DNA of 61,561 nt, filler included, from Choristocarpus tenellus KU-1152 (lineage: Eukaryota; Protista; Phaeophyceae): NCBI GenBank assembly GCA_964200185.2. It is 11 parts of 11 records of this genome, joined end to end, with 100 filler letters (N's around TTAATTAATTAA, not from the genome) between each part and the next. Parts side by side here need not be neighbours in the genome. Positions count along the whole stretch, not along the records: positions 15,552 to 27,073 come from CAXNAD020002279.1; positions 27,174 to 36,931 come from CAXNAD020003419.1; positions 37,032 to 40,371 come from CAXNAD020020706.1; 8 more parts are not named here. One strand, 5' to 3'. Shown piece after piece: positions 24,101 to 37,202 of this stretch. Each line of letters opens with the position of its first letter. Positions within the stretch are counted from its first letter, which is position 1. The notes under the pieces were generated by a model. It was not told the origin of the DNA. It saw nothing but the letters and a program-made list of their open reading frames with translations, and did no database searches. Made by a program: the position numbers and the translations under genes.

Positions 24101-27011
24101 CATGCTTGCGCGAGCCGCAGCTGAAGGCTACGGCGTGTCCTTCTCCGCCTCCATACCTGAAACCCTGCGAGGAAATGGGCGTGGGGGTGCAGAGGGGACC
24201 AGGGGTAGGTGGCAGGAAACGGTTGGGCAGGGGAGTGGCACACGAAGCATGCACCGGAGGGGAATGGCGAGCTTGAGCAACTTTGAGTGGATGTGGTCTG
24301 GGACTGTGGTTCCCATGGGGTGGGTGGTGCTGCGTAAGCAGTTGCTACAGTATTTGCTTGTGGTGAGTGCGAGGTGTGGGGATGTGGGAGCATCCTCGTC
24401 CTACTTTGCGAGCCTTGTGAGAATCCTGGCGACGATGGAGGGGGAGCGCAGGAAGGCATGGAGTGAGTTTTACTTATAGTACGGTATGAATAGTGCAGCA
24501 TTTATAGTACTTTGTGAATGAATGTCAGCTTTTTAGATTGGGTGTATTTTAGTTGGCAGCCTGCCCTCTTCTCTGGATAATTTCTGACTTCTACAGGGGT
24601 GAGAAATTGGAGGTTGGTGGAGAGGTACAGCGGTATACATTTACCATGAACAGTAAAATGAATCCAACAAGTGTTGTTAACAGTTTCGTTCTTGTTCGTA
24701 ATTGCATCGTGTACCGCCAACTAAACTGAAACCCAATTTTGTACACCGAAGGGTGTTCTTGTTTTTGAAGGGATGGGAAAGGATGGGGAATTGAAAGTGT
24801 TTTGATGTTGTGTTGCGGATTGGATAGTTCTTTGTTTGATTGGTGTTGAAATGCGGTAGTTAGTTGTGTGCGTGGAGTGCAACACGGTGTCTTTCAGTCT
24901 TTGCATTGAAAAGTAGTAGACTTAACCATTAAAGTGTTTTGTAGTGGCAGTAGGCAACATAGCAGGTCTCCAGCACAGCATTTATTTATCCCTTACATGA
25001 GTATCTTGAACACCTGGGGTAGTATCCCTCCGTCCCCCTGTCCACCCCGCCAATCTTAATCATTGCCTTATCCAATGTGCCCCTGCACCTTCCTCTGTTT
25101 CTAACTCCATCTTCTCACAGAGTTTGCAAGCAACCAAGCAGTCCCCCTATCTACCAATGAATCCCGAGGACACTCTCCTTTACCTCGGCCCCTGCTAATC
25201 GATGCTCTAGGTAGCATGTCCTCCAGCTCTAATATTGGGTTACCTTCCACAGGTGTGTCCTCCGCCCTCCCCACCCAAAGCATTTTGTGTTTCATTCCAC
25301 AGGGGTTTGGTAGATACCTTGGACCAAACCTGGGGTTCCCACACAATAGGCCAGTCGATTGTTGTTGTTGTGCATATTCCATTGCTCTCAATTTTTTACG
25401 CACTACCAATATTGCATCTTGCAAAATTGACTTCCCCCTTCACTGTGATCCATTTTGAATGTAGCTGCCAAGGACGGGCGGATTTCATGGGGGGAGCGCA
25501 TGATGCGGAGGGGAAGTGTAGACCAAAGCAGCGCCATGTTGCCCCCATCCTCCGCACCTGGGGGTATTGGGGGGTCATTTGGTTCCGGTGAGGTGGAAGT
25601 TGGTGATGAGCATAGGTGAAGAAGGTTGTTTTCTGAGTGCGTTAGTTGTGGTGGTGTGGTTGACTTGTGCTGAGTATTGGGGGACAGAGATGGTTGGATT
25701 TGAGAGCGTTTAGAAGGTTTGGGATAGAAGCCTTCCCTCCATGGTGTTTTTTTTTTATTGTTTGAAGGCGTTATCATTGTCATCAGATGTGGATGAAGTG
25801 ATTGCAATAGGGATGGGAGCATTTTGTTTTTGGGGGGGATGGGAGAGTGTTTGTGTTTGTGTTTGTGTTTGTGTTTGTGTTTGTGTTTGTGTTTGTGTGT
25901 GTCTGTGTCTATCTGTTTCTGTGTTTGTTGCATCATGGTGCACCTAATATCAACTATCATGCCCTACCATTGATGTTGACCTCAAACCTCAATCATAACT
26001 TTTCAGTATTTTCCCTGCCTGTCTGAATGTAGGTCTTTGCTGATATCACCTTAATCCCCGCTCATGTCTCACTCTCCCCAACTGAAACCACTTCCTGATT
26101 ACCCTATGAATCTGTGGTTGAACACAGGTGGCAGCACTCATCCAAACTCACCCCTGCAACGAATGGAGAGCATAGCCTCAGAGTTCCTAGCATCTGCTGC
26201 CCAGCAGCAGCCCCCTCTTTCTCTTTCTTCCAAGAGGAGTAGGAAGATATCCCTCCCCAAGGTGTAGGAAAAATGTGTGTGTGTGTGCCTGAGTAGGTGG
26301 GCCTCTCTTGTTTCGCAAGAGGAGTCTAGAGTCTAGACTCCATGCAAAAATTGAGATTGATTCCAACTTTTTTTTTCTTGGATTACACCAACCAAATCTC
26401 TAAGGTAGTGTATCATGGAGCACCAGGCTGTGGGTTATAAACTGTACCATGTCATGAGTTTCTTACCCCCCAGCACCCTGCCACTGACCACCACCCCTTA
26501 CATTCACCCATTTTTACAGCATGTAGTGACAATTCAAGAGCAAATGATGCTTAGTAGGTTCAAATGGAAAATATGCATGTATACATACGTTGAGGTTGCA
26601 TCCTCTCCACGCTCACTTTGTGTCTGCCTTGATTTTTTTTTCTGTTATCCCTCTTCATTGGCTCCACACGAAAACATACTTTATTTATTTATTTTTTGGT
26701 AGAAGTCACTTGGGAAGAAAGTTTATCACCGCAATGGAAGCATCAGCAGCAGCATCATTAGCAGTACCAGAAGCAGCATAAGTGGGCGAAGGAGCACCTC
26801 CATTGGAGGTGCTGGGGGGTGGGGAGGGGGACATGTTGTGGGGGATAACTCGCAGTCGGCAGCAGCTGTAGAGGGGGCTGGGCAGGGTGGAGTTGGGGCT
26901 GCGATGGTGGCTCATAGAGGTGCTGTGTCACGAGAGGAGCAGCTTGATATTATGGCAGAGATGGTGCAGTGTACATCGAGGTTGGCGCCGGGTGATGTTT
27001 CCCGCTTGCAG
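18169..27011 (+). CDS. TRAPPC9: TRAPP II complex subunit TRAPPC9/Trs120, 5' part (truncated by contig end)
   Basis: Exons 18169-18293, 18631-18785, 18964-19187, 19770-19969, 21010-21118, 21463-21700, 22181-22307, 23457-23574, 24030-24462; less certain 25121-25252, 26128-26261, 26703-27011. Motifs VLLVPLG, WEDFQGYRRVLGAIGI, KRRQGRLHKWIGDMCLLAGSPKDALEHY, DPLWYVGCLEG, GLKRKAALF. Confidence 0.9.
25847..25900 (+). repeat. (GTGTTT)n microsatellite, intronic
   Basis: Direct reading. Confidence 0.9.
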
Positions 27012-27173
27012 GTATAGAGAGGGGCTGGGGGGGGGGGCATGGATGTTTTAGATTTCCTTGCGGGGGGCAGTTTNNNNNNNNNNNNNNNNNNNNNNNNNNN
27101 NNNNNNNNNNNNNNNNNTTAATTAATTAANNNNNNNNNNNNNNNNNNNNNNNNNNNNNNNNNNNNNNNNNNNN

Positions 27174-27247
27174 AAAAAAAACATGTTGTGACCCAACCAG
27201 CCGCCCCCCCCCCAACCCCCCCCCCCCCCCCCCAGATACTTTTACCC
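27174..27247. mobile_element. MITE B-type end (poly-C then AGATACTTTTACCC) at contig start
   Basis: Shared TIR motif. Confidence 0.7.
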
Positions 27248-27452
27248 AGCTGCTCACATCAAAATACCAACTGATTCTCTGTAGGGTGTATTTTCATCGA
27301 CACTTGGATGATCCTCATTCTTGTCTATAGTCCTTGAGAGATCATGACGTACCCGCCCTCTAGGTGTGTGGGATGTCTTCATCCTAGGCCAGCGAAGCTC
27401 TCCGAGGTTATGGACGCCATGATCGAGTCCATGTCTTTCTCCATCAACATAC

Positions 27453-27617
27453 GATCTTGTCGCTGATCTTGTCCGGGAAGTCTCTTGAAAACTTTCTCGT
27501 GTCACTGGTCGGCGGTTTCAAAGGGGGGAGGGACACGATCGGCGGCGCAGCCCCCATCCTCCCGACCGAGCCGTCCGAGGCCAGCACGATCGCGTACTTG
27601 TTCAAGTCGTCCTCCAT
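27453..27617 (-). CDS. Probable first coding exon of an unidentified gene
   Basis: MEDDLNKYAIVLASDGSVGRMGAAPPIVSLPPLKPPTSDTRKFSRDFPDKISDKI with strongly GC3-biased codons, ending at a GTATGT donor. Confidence 0.5.
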
Positions 27618-27824
27618 CGTCCTCAACTACAGTCAGACCTTCGTCCTCAACTAGACCCCCAACAGGAATCCTGTCTCCGTCTACACTACCTGATCGCTCT
27701 CCCTGATCCTGGTCTCGGTCTCGTTCTCGGTCTTGGCCCTGTGAAGTACCCCGTCTAGTAGTCCGCCTAGTTCTGATCCTTATACGAGCTGATATATTAG
27801 TGTGGGAACTTAGTGTGATAAGCG

Positions 27825-28020
27825 TGTTGTAAAGCTTAGCGCATGTAGGGGTCGTCGCCCAAAGGCGCTGGTTGAGTTACATGGTGAACATACACTGAGC
27901 ATAATCATTTTCGATTATATTCATAGTCATACTGTCTGACATTTTGGAGATGTCTTAAGAAAAACTAATGAGAACTATTCACTATCAGAAAAATCCCTAA
28001 GGAACTATTAGTTGTCACAA
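27825..28020. mobile_element. Diverged relative of the 16707 LTR; 3' limit uncertain
   Basis: TGTTGTAAAGCTTAGCGCATGTAGGGGTCGTCGCCCAAAG...GTTGAGTTACATGGTGAACAT aligns with the first ~80 nt of 16707-17011; no TSD found. Confidence 0.6.
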
Positions 28021-28149
28021 ATGTGAAAAACATTCATCTACTCTGAATATCTGCTATTTTACAAGTTATCTCACAGCATTTACTACATAAATTATCCATC
28101 GACCTTCCTCTTTTAGCGATCAATAATCTGGACACATGACCAAAGACTG

Positions 28150-28650
28150 CCACACTAAGCACTACAGTGAAAAAGAGATGTCGATGAGGATGGGAGCAAC
28201 AACAACCCCTGCCGAAGGCCCTGTCCAACCTCAAACCAGTCTGTGCACTTGTCATCATCCATGTGAACACATGCCCTCATACCATTGTGGAATTGGCGAA
28301 TAACAGAAATCATCGTTGGAACTATGCCAATTGGCCAGCACTAACCACAGGAGATTACCATCAACAGAGTTACACATGCTTTCTGTATATCGATAAAACA
28401 TATGAAAAAGGGATACATTCCTTATTCGGTCAAGCTCTTGTAGGGGATGTACAGTGTAACATCGTGTTCACCATGGAGCATCAGGGTAGGAAGCCGCACT
28501 GTTCCTCATTAAGGATGCTCTCCTGTTCCAGGAATTTCCCAGCAGTCATGCAACAACCTTCAGCTTGAGAACTACTTTGCCAATGTGTGCCACCAATGAA
28601 ATGCCCTTGTAGTTACCACAATCAATGTGATCCTTCTTTTTGTAGGGAAC
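28150..28650 (-). pseudogene. RTE-clade non-LTR retrotransposon RT relic
   Basis: [71 protein letters not shown], with stops and frameshifts. Confidence 0.9.
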
Positions 28651-30219
28651 GGTGAAGTACCTACAATGCAGTGTATGAGACATTACAATTCACAGGGAAA
28701 ACAACCCCTTCTTTAAGAGCCATCACTATGATATTTTTCCTTATCTCTAACCCTAGCCCTAACCGAACCTTGTGTGTGAAAAATAAACCTAACCAACAAA
28801 ACATGAGAATTTTCATACTATAGTACAGCAGTACAATGGGCACTGAGGAATCACCACCTCTCAAGGATCCACCACTGTCATCACTTTTTCGTTCACATAT
28901 ATTTTCGAAAACCCAGTCCTATCCCTAACCCTGACCTGTGTGTAAAAAATCCCCCTAAACTTCGTTTGAAGAGGTGAAAAAAATAAGATAGCGGTGGTTC
29001 CCAAGACGGGACCAAAATTCTGTCCGCCGGTGGACTTTGATATACAGAGAGAAGTACGGAGATTTTATTAATAATCTGAAAAGAAGAGTGCGAACTTGGC
29101 AAAAAGAGGTAAGAGGTCTATTTTGTCCAAAATCATTGTGGTTTAGTAATTTTTTGTTACTATTATGCCGAGCTCCGTAGGTCTGGAGTATCCAGCATCG
29201 TCTTGTTACAGCATGTTACGTAGTAGGCTATAGAGTTACGTGTGTATGTAGCAATAGATTTTTGATAATACAGTCAATTTCCCAGAGAGGGTGCAGTAAG
29301 GGAGATGACTTTGAGGTCCAAGGTTAAAAAGTGCGTGGGGTTGCCACAAGAGTGTGGACATGAAAGGCCTCCTCACCCCAATATGCTGCGTATTGTGGGG
29401 ATGTTGCTGCTGAGACGGATATCTGGTTTTTGCGACTTTGTCATCTTCTGAGAAGTTTTACGGTAGTTCATGGTAGGTGGTTACACTCTCAACTAGATAG
29501 GATATATAATTCAAAAATGATAAAGTAATAATTATTATTATACATTGGGTTCAATTATCCCACCACTCTCCTCTCTACTTCATCAAGTCTTGTGGTCGGA
29601 ACTCTTGGCCCTTCTCTGTATTTAAGCGTTATCATCTCTTTCTTGGTTTGACGTTTCTGTAGTGAGTGACAGATGCATGAGTGCTGTAGGTGTACAGACC
29701 CCAGTCCTGCAACCTAGACTTTCGATAGTTGAGACCGAATATTTTGATCAAATGAATATACAGAGTTTATATACTAGGGTTGGAAGCTCCAAGATTTATC
29801 CGAGAACACTGAATAGTCCCCATTTTTTCCATTGTGTTACAAGAACAACGTACTGCACTCTTGATTTACTTCGTACATTTCGTAATATAAAAATATATTC
29901 TTTTTACTGGCGATGAACCTCAGAATCGATTCGTCTTCGTCAAGATTCGATAAAAAATGGTCGACAACGAACTCAACTTCAATAATAACATACGCACAAC
30001 TATTCTCCATCCATGACTACTACTTTACCCCTGGTGGGAGGTTAACTATATTGAGGAAGGAAACCTAGTCCTGGTGAGGACTAGACATGTCCGATCTTAA
30101 CGCAATATCTCCATTATTCGATCAACCTTGTACCTGGCTTTGTGTTTTCATTGCATTCTCGAGATACCTGATCCATTCCTTCTTTGATAAATTTAGTCGG
30201 TTGGGTGGTGCGACTCGTC

Positions 30220-33200
30220 ATGGGTTGTGTGTGGTCCATCAATACTTCTGGAGACATGAAAGAATTTGAAGCCCGGAACAGTGTGGACATGATGCTGGAC
30301 CGAGCAGAAGAAAACGAACGACTTCACTACAAGGTAATCTCTACCCTGCCGCTAGATATCTGTCCCAGCAATCTTTTGTAGTAGTGAAGAACAATCCCAA
30401 AAGAAACAGGAAGGATCCTCCCAGATTTCATGTTGTAAGTCCGTAGAGCTAGCAAGACATATGCCACAAGAACACAACACACCACTCGCAACACAAATGG
30501 ACCAATATCCAGGTATTATTGCTTGGGGCAGGGGAGTCTGGGAAGAGCACCTTTGCAAAGCAACTGCAGATGCTCAGTAGAGGGAAAATGAGTACTGCGG
30601 AGACGGATTTATATCGAAAAGGTAAGCTTGACCATTGGCGTCTCCCAAACATCTTTCTCGAAAGGAGCTGCTGGTGGGACAAGGAAGCTGCCTCCATCTT
30701 ATCCAATACCAGTACTAATCCAAGCTGATGATCATTATGTAGTATGACTCCATACTGCAGTAATCTCTAGGATTTGCACTGTACAGGAGTTTAGTAGCCG
30801 AATCGAATTCCATCACTTCACCTAGTTTTCAAAAAGGCGCTTTTTGGGCTCAGTGCCTTCATCAAGAATGTACACCACATCACAAGTTTTAGTCAAACTC
30901 AAATATATTCTATGGTTTCGATCGAGTAAAGGACTCTGGTCTATCCACACTACAGTTCTTGGCATGCACAACATGCCGCCCAGAGAACTCAAGGTAAGGA
31001 AGAGGCCCAGCTGATAGCGTGCCAAAGGATCACTCTCGTCAATTTCACATGGCTCGTACTTTTACTCATATCTACCTCTCCCTCCCTGCCAATATCGTAA
31101 TAATCAGCGATCCGACAGAATGTTTTACAATGCATGCAAACGCTGCTGCGGGCTGGAGAGGATATGAACATCCCCCTGGTGAGTTTTCGGTTTGCTACCA
31201 AGTGATGAGGACTGCGAAAGTTGACGGATTGATCTTGTCCCTGTTTTTGGCGAAGACTGCGAAATATCAATCACGTTTTGGAAGCGTGATGATAAAGGAG
31301 AATCTACAATCAGTACTGATCAGAGAAATAGAGCTCTTGAGGGGTAAAAGTATTGTGCAGCGCAGACAAAAGAGGTTGAATTCTGAGTAGGGGCAACTCC
31401 TGTCTTAGGTTGGTATGTGGTTGTGGAATATGTTATCCTCTCTCTCTATTTTTTACTTCTCCAGGCTATCGCACCCCAGACACCCCGTTTTTCTCTTTTT
31501 CTTAATCTCTCCCACGCCACCCACCATACCTACTGTTCCCTTCCCCCTTCAATGCCATCTTGTCGTCCACCCGTATCACAATTTGATGGGGTTAGGGATT
31601 AACGCCTTTAACCACTTCGATCCTTTCGAGTTCATATATAGTGTTCCTTGTATTCCTGTTTTCCATTTATTACTAACGATACTGTCGTCGTATTATGATA
31701 CATCTTTATTATACTACCACGTAGAAATCATACAGTTCACACCAATCGTAATTTTATCACTCGCTCAAATGCACATTTGTTGCAGTTCATGTAACGAATG
31801 GATTGCCCCAAAAAATCAGACATTTCCTCTACAATTCAACGACTCGTGGGAGTCAAGAACTGTTTGGTGCTATAGGAGCCTTGGCATTATTGAGAGGAAG
31901 TGCTTACAAGCAGAGTCTGCTCCTCAAAAGGAAGATTGTGTTTGGCAGCTGTAGGGGATGGAATTTTTGGGGGATACTGACAAAAAGTTGATACATTCAT
32001 GTACGGTAATATTCACCTTTCTTATGTGGACCTAGTAAGTAATATAGGCTCTGTTGTGTTCAGTTGACCTCTCTTCTATGGCGCGCTTCTTTCTACATGG
32101 TCATGGTATCTTCAAAATACCAGTAGGCATATAATGATCACCTAGCGGAACAAAGTCGTTAATGTGAGTGAAGAATACTTTGTATTTAGTGCTACATTTG
32201 CATATTTTGTTCGCCCCTAGTTACAGGACTTCGAACCAGATCAGGTACACTTGACAAGACCACGCCAAGCGTCGGTTGAAATTCTTTAAAGTGTCGATTA
32301 AGACGACCACTAAGTGTATTGCAGTAACGAAGACAGTCCAAATAGACACCACCTCCACCGTCTGCTGAAATTGCTTTCATATTGTATTTCTCTTTTAGGA
32401 TTAATTTTCCTTGTAAACCCATTTTTCCCTTCCCTTTTGTTTCCTTTTTGTGCAACATGCGATGAGTTTATTTTTTTGAAGATTGAGTGGACCTGATGCA
32501 AGTCATGTTTTCATTGGGCGTTCATGCATTATTGCACCTAGCTTATCGTTGTTACCCTGCTACGGAGTTCGTTACACTGAATATCTTCTTTCTCCTTGCT
32601 CTTTTCTTTTTCTTTTCTTTTCTTATCTCACTGTGTATTGTATAGTTGATTTTCGTTTCCTTCTGTCTCTCAAGGAGTGCATATTGCGCTCTTTTGAGTA
32701 TGTGTACCTTCGACCACTGGTATGGGACCTGTGAATAATAATACCAATTTTGTTGGTTAAGAGTACTGTACTTAAAACTCTACTACATATACTACTATTG
32801 TTTGTAGAAAGGCTTTTATTTATTTATTTTACCACGCTTGCAGTGGACTTATAGGGCCACAAAAACACATATATTTAATATAGGACTGCTCCAAGAACAT
32901 CAAAGAGTTTAACCTGACCGGAACGTGAACCGACCTAGTTATAATAGGTCCTAACATGGCTGGCCTGTGGTCCCCGCCTGTCCAAAGGGTCTAGTCTACT
33001 GCCAGTCTCATGTAAAAGCCCTACCTAATTTTATCACAGCAACTACACCTGTTCTGATCCTCTTGACATACCAAAGCACTAAATAAGTTGTATACTCACT
33101 GCAAGTGTGCCATCTCATCCTCCTCTTCCAGTTCACCTTGATATTATTTGTTCAGGTTGTAGTTGATGATCACCATGTTTTAACCCACTGATTTGTGCCA

Positions 33201-36200
33201 GTACCACCTTTTGTACATTAAGGTCTGGTAGTTTGTCCGTGTTTTCCCAAGCAATGTTATAACCTCACGGTTTCGTTCGAGTTAACTCACTAAAAAATAC
33301 GAAGTGTGCAAGAACAACATATACTGAAGTAAAGATATATTTTAACCTATTTTCGTCTCCTAACCTTGTTTGCCACTGCACTTACCACAAAATACCACAA
33401 ATACTTAGCAGCATCATACTCCTATTCTCCTCCTCCTTTCCCCACCATCCCCTACCTACATCACTCACCGCAACTCTCCATACGGTAGGAGGACAATGAG
33501 CTCGAAAAGGCAGCTACACGAATCCGAGCGATTGGTTCAGATTCTCATTGGCTCGGACCAAAAATCGCAAAGGACATCATGCGCCTATGGGCAGATGATG
33601 GAATCCAGAAGGTGTGGTCCCAGAAGGTGAGCTCAGATGGTAGGAGGAGGGGAAGGGTACAGAGACAAGTGCAGAGAGATGGACGTGTGTCTTCCCCAGA
33701 GCCACAGGTACAGCAAGTGCCGTTGTCAATGGGAAGTGTATGATGAGATTTGTCAACAGTACGGTACTTTAGTAGTAGTGTATGTAATTCAACGTTGTTG
33801 TAGAATGCCGTGCGAAATTATAAGGACTGCTGGTGTGACTCAGAGAGATTCATCAGCAATAATAGGCATGGGATAGAGTGCACGGAAGCCACAAAAATAT
33901 TACGTTTGTACTTGGCTCGTCAAAACATCATGGCGAGATACAAGGCACATTCACTTTCCAAGGCCGGTCAGAAGAGTATAGGTATATATGGAATAGTGTG
34001 ATAGTGCAGTGTGAGTGCAATGTCTCTATTGATATACAAAATTTCGCCTTGTAGTTCAGCCGACATTTGATCAAACATTAACATCCTCAGCATTCTTACA
34101 CCAGTTATACACCGATACATTTTTGGGGGCACTTTGAAACACTTCGCGAAAAATAAAATTTTGAGCAGTATACTTTTTTTGCTGTATGATTAGGTGCAAA
34201 TGAGTTTTAGTGACTATTGTTCTTTTTTCCTGATATGGATGTAACATAAAACCAATCGTTGTGGACTTTCAAATGTCGTTGTTATAAGCAATATAAACTC
34301 TGTTTTGGTGTTAATTATTTTGTCTTTAGACATGTCCCTCTTTCCTCTAGTGTGACATCTAGAAAATGCTGTTGGGTAGAAAGGTTTGTGCGCATATCAT
34401 CGTAAGATAATAGACCGTGTGTGTGTATGTCCAAAAAATAATTGATGTACTAGGTAGAATGTAATATGTTGAAGTACCCCTGACGCGGAGCGTTCGTGGT
34501 AAGATAGTACCTAAAAGCATTAAACTAATAATTACAAATATTTTGCTGTAAAAATATCGATTTGAAAGACGTAAGAAACTACTCGTCTCCGAAGTAGCAT
34601 GCATTTTACAGATGTGTTAGGGAAATACCAAAGCTCTGTCACAAGTAGCACATATCATAGTGTAGCATTTAAGGCGGACCAATCAATACATTGAGGTGAT
34701 AGGTCGGCTAACCCCCATTTTTCTTCACTAAAACAGGAATTAGGAAGAAGTACTACCTTGTGTCTAACATATACGACTAATATTCGGAGAATTCCCACTT
34801 TCTGTGGAGACTATAAAATTGGTAGTTGGGGGGCGGATGGGGATGACATGTTAACATCTTCTGATGACCGACTTACACATAATCCTATTTTCTCTCGTAG
34901 TAACATTGGGACTGCGAGATAGCTAAATCGCGCCTTACATCTTATTACCATTTGGAAACAAGTGGTAAATTTCTCGTGTTTTGAAATGGGGGTGTTCGGC
35001 ACCCCCCTTATCTGGACAATGGGACAGCGGTAAGGTGGTTTAACACTACACATTTACCACGAGCGGTACAAAAAAAATTACATATACCGCCAACAGTTCC
35101 GTTCTTAGTTATTCCATACCACTGGCTGAATCGAAAACACATTCTTACGCATTGATTTCTTACACATTACACGAAAAAAAGGAAATTTAGGTTGATTCTT
35201 CCAGATCATAGAAATGTTACTTTTTTTGTGCAGTTCTTCCTTGTCAATAGTTGTAACAACAGTTGTCACACAACGAAACACGAACACCTTACGTACGTTG
35301 CACAGAAATGCCCAAGAGAACGTACGAAGAGAGCATCAACCAGCACCGTCGTGACTGATGAGTAATGGCATACTTTGGAATATGAAGTTCCCTATACAAT
35401 AATAGGATGGGTTATTTCGAGCTTTACGATGTACTTTGTGTGTCGATTTCCCATGGGGTCAGGCGACACCTTCCTATGAGGGGCCACTATATGTAAGGGT
35501 CACCAAAAAACCGCAACTTTGAAAGCTTCACTTTGCATTATTAAATCATACTTCGACGTGCTACGTAGTATAATAAATTTGTTGAATTATCCCCTTCAAC
35601 CTTCTGTCTGCATTATAAATCCAACTCCTTTCTTACGCAACGTGATTCCAACCTGGTGACTGTTCATACAATTTCGGGATCAGGCATGAGATTGCCACAT
35701 GATTCTCCTCTACTAGAAGATGGCTACTATAATTAAAGGAGTGTACTTTCTTGACCTTTCGAATCCTTCCGCCTCTTCTGAGAGGAAAAAATATAGTGCA
35801 GTATCACCGATAGTGGATCAACCATCACATGATACACGCAAGGCTTTCTGTAGGATATCGAGATTCCCTGATTGTAATGAACACAACAACGCTTACGGTG
35901 TGGTTTTTCTCTCTCATTCCTACTCTATTTCTTGACAGGATCAGCCTTTGGAAGTGACCTGATATTTTGTTCTAAAGTAGGGAATTTACAATCGAGATTG
36001 AAGTTTGTCTTTTGCATATCTTAATCAAGAGTGAAAAGATAGGGAGTATGTTGTACAGGTGAAACATTATAGTAAGGAGAGAGAGTGAGTAATTTCATCA
36101 GCGTTTCTTCTTTGCAGTTAGTTGTTAAAAATTTAGACCTGATCTTGTTGGTAGTAGACACTTTCGGAGTAGAAAGGCAACGTATTTTTGCCTTCAATAG

Positions 36201-36818
36201 TGATAATCATTCTAGTTCTCTATCATTTTTTATTTCTTCTGTACCAATCATGTCGATGGTTGAAAGCATGTAGAAGCGTTTGAGAATTCTATATTTTACG
36301 GAGTGGATATCATATGGTTCAGACAAGACAACAGTCACAATAAATCGTCTTCCACATACATACGCACTAATGTATTCCGAAAGATCGTCAATCAACACCC
36401 TTCACATATAACAGCCGATTTCAAAAATTGAGGTTATATATATCGACACTTTATCCCAGTCAATTTTGGGTCAAGCCCATCCTCAATGAAAAGCCCCATC
36501 CTCAATTTTTTTTAATCGGCTCTTATATGGACTTCTTCTTGAACATGGGTAATGTTACTCACATCGACCAAGGTATCAAAATCTCCTCCTTCGTCCCCCT
36601 ATCATGTTCTGCTACATTAAGATGCATATATACTGGAGGAGAAAATGGTACGTACTGACGTTATGCCTTGACATTCCTTGTTCTGTCCGCTGTCTCCTCT
36701 TACATCATGATTATACAACTTATCCCTGTGACAGGACAAGTTTTGGATCCTTGACAGTACCCCATACTACATGCAGGAAGTCAGAAGGATAGCAGATATT
36801 GACTACACCCCATTAAAT
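30220..36818 (+). CDS. Heterotrimeric G-protein alpha subunit, 5' part (truncated by contig end)
   Basis: Exons 30220-30333, 30513-30621, 31108-31178, 33489-33626, 36735-36818. MGC lipidation motif, KVLLLGAGESGKSTFAKQ P-loop, IMRLWADDGIQ, DSTPYYMQEVRRIADIDYTP. Confidence 0.93.
36412..36522. mobile_element. Internally deleted family C MITE in the G-alpha intron
   Basis: TIR AGCCGATTTCAAAAATTGAGG / CCTCAATTTTTTTTAATCGGCT; flanks TAA and TTA; homologous to 11109-11249. Confidence 0.8.
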
Positions 36819-36862
36819 GTGCGTGTGGTACGGCAAGGGATGAATGATGTTATGCCCCACCT

Positions 36863-36931
36863 GGGTCAAAGTATCTGGGGGAGGGGTGTTGGCGTCCTTT
36901 TTTCACTCTTTTTTCGATTTTCACTTTTTTG
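36863..36931 (+). mobile_element. MITE subfamily B2 left end at contig break
   Basis: GGGTCAAAGTATCTGGGGGAGGGGTGTTGGCGTCC...TTCGATTTTCACTTTTT. Confidence 0.85.
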
Positions 36932-37202
36932 NNNNNNNNNNNNNNNNNNNNNNNNNNNNNNNNNNNNNNNNNNNNTTAATTAATTAANNNNNNNNNNNNN
37001 NNNNNNNNNNNNNNNNNNNNNNNNNNNNNNNCCACGCGCGAATACTGCTCGCGCCAGTCAAAGCGCAGGAAGAAATACTCGCGCTATTCGCCTGTAACAG
37101 TACCAATAGGTTAGTTACGCCTCTGGGGTTGTCTCGTCATAACCTTTGATGTAGACATTGGATTTAAAAAATAAAAGAATATTCGTGATGCCCGTCAAAA
37201 AG

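Noticed and set aside
25403-25960. ORFs with HKHK, TQTQ, CVCV or YIHT repeats (also 51975-52486 and 54870-55405)
   Set aside because: Translations of microsatellites.
35300-36400. Possible hAT transposase relic on the minus strand (VSCDG*S)
   Set aside because: A single motif; no CxxH, TRW, TIR or 8-bp TSD found.
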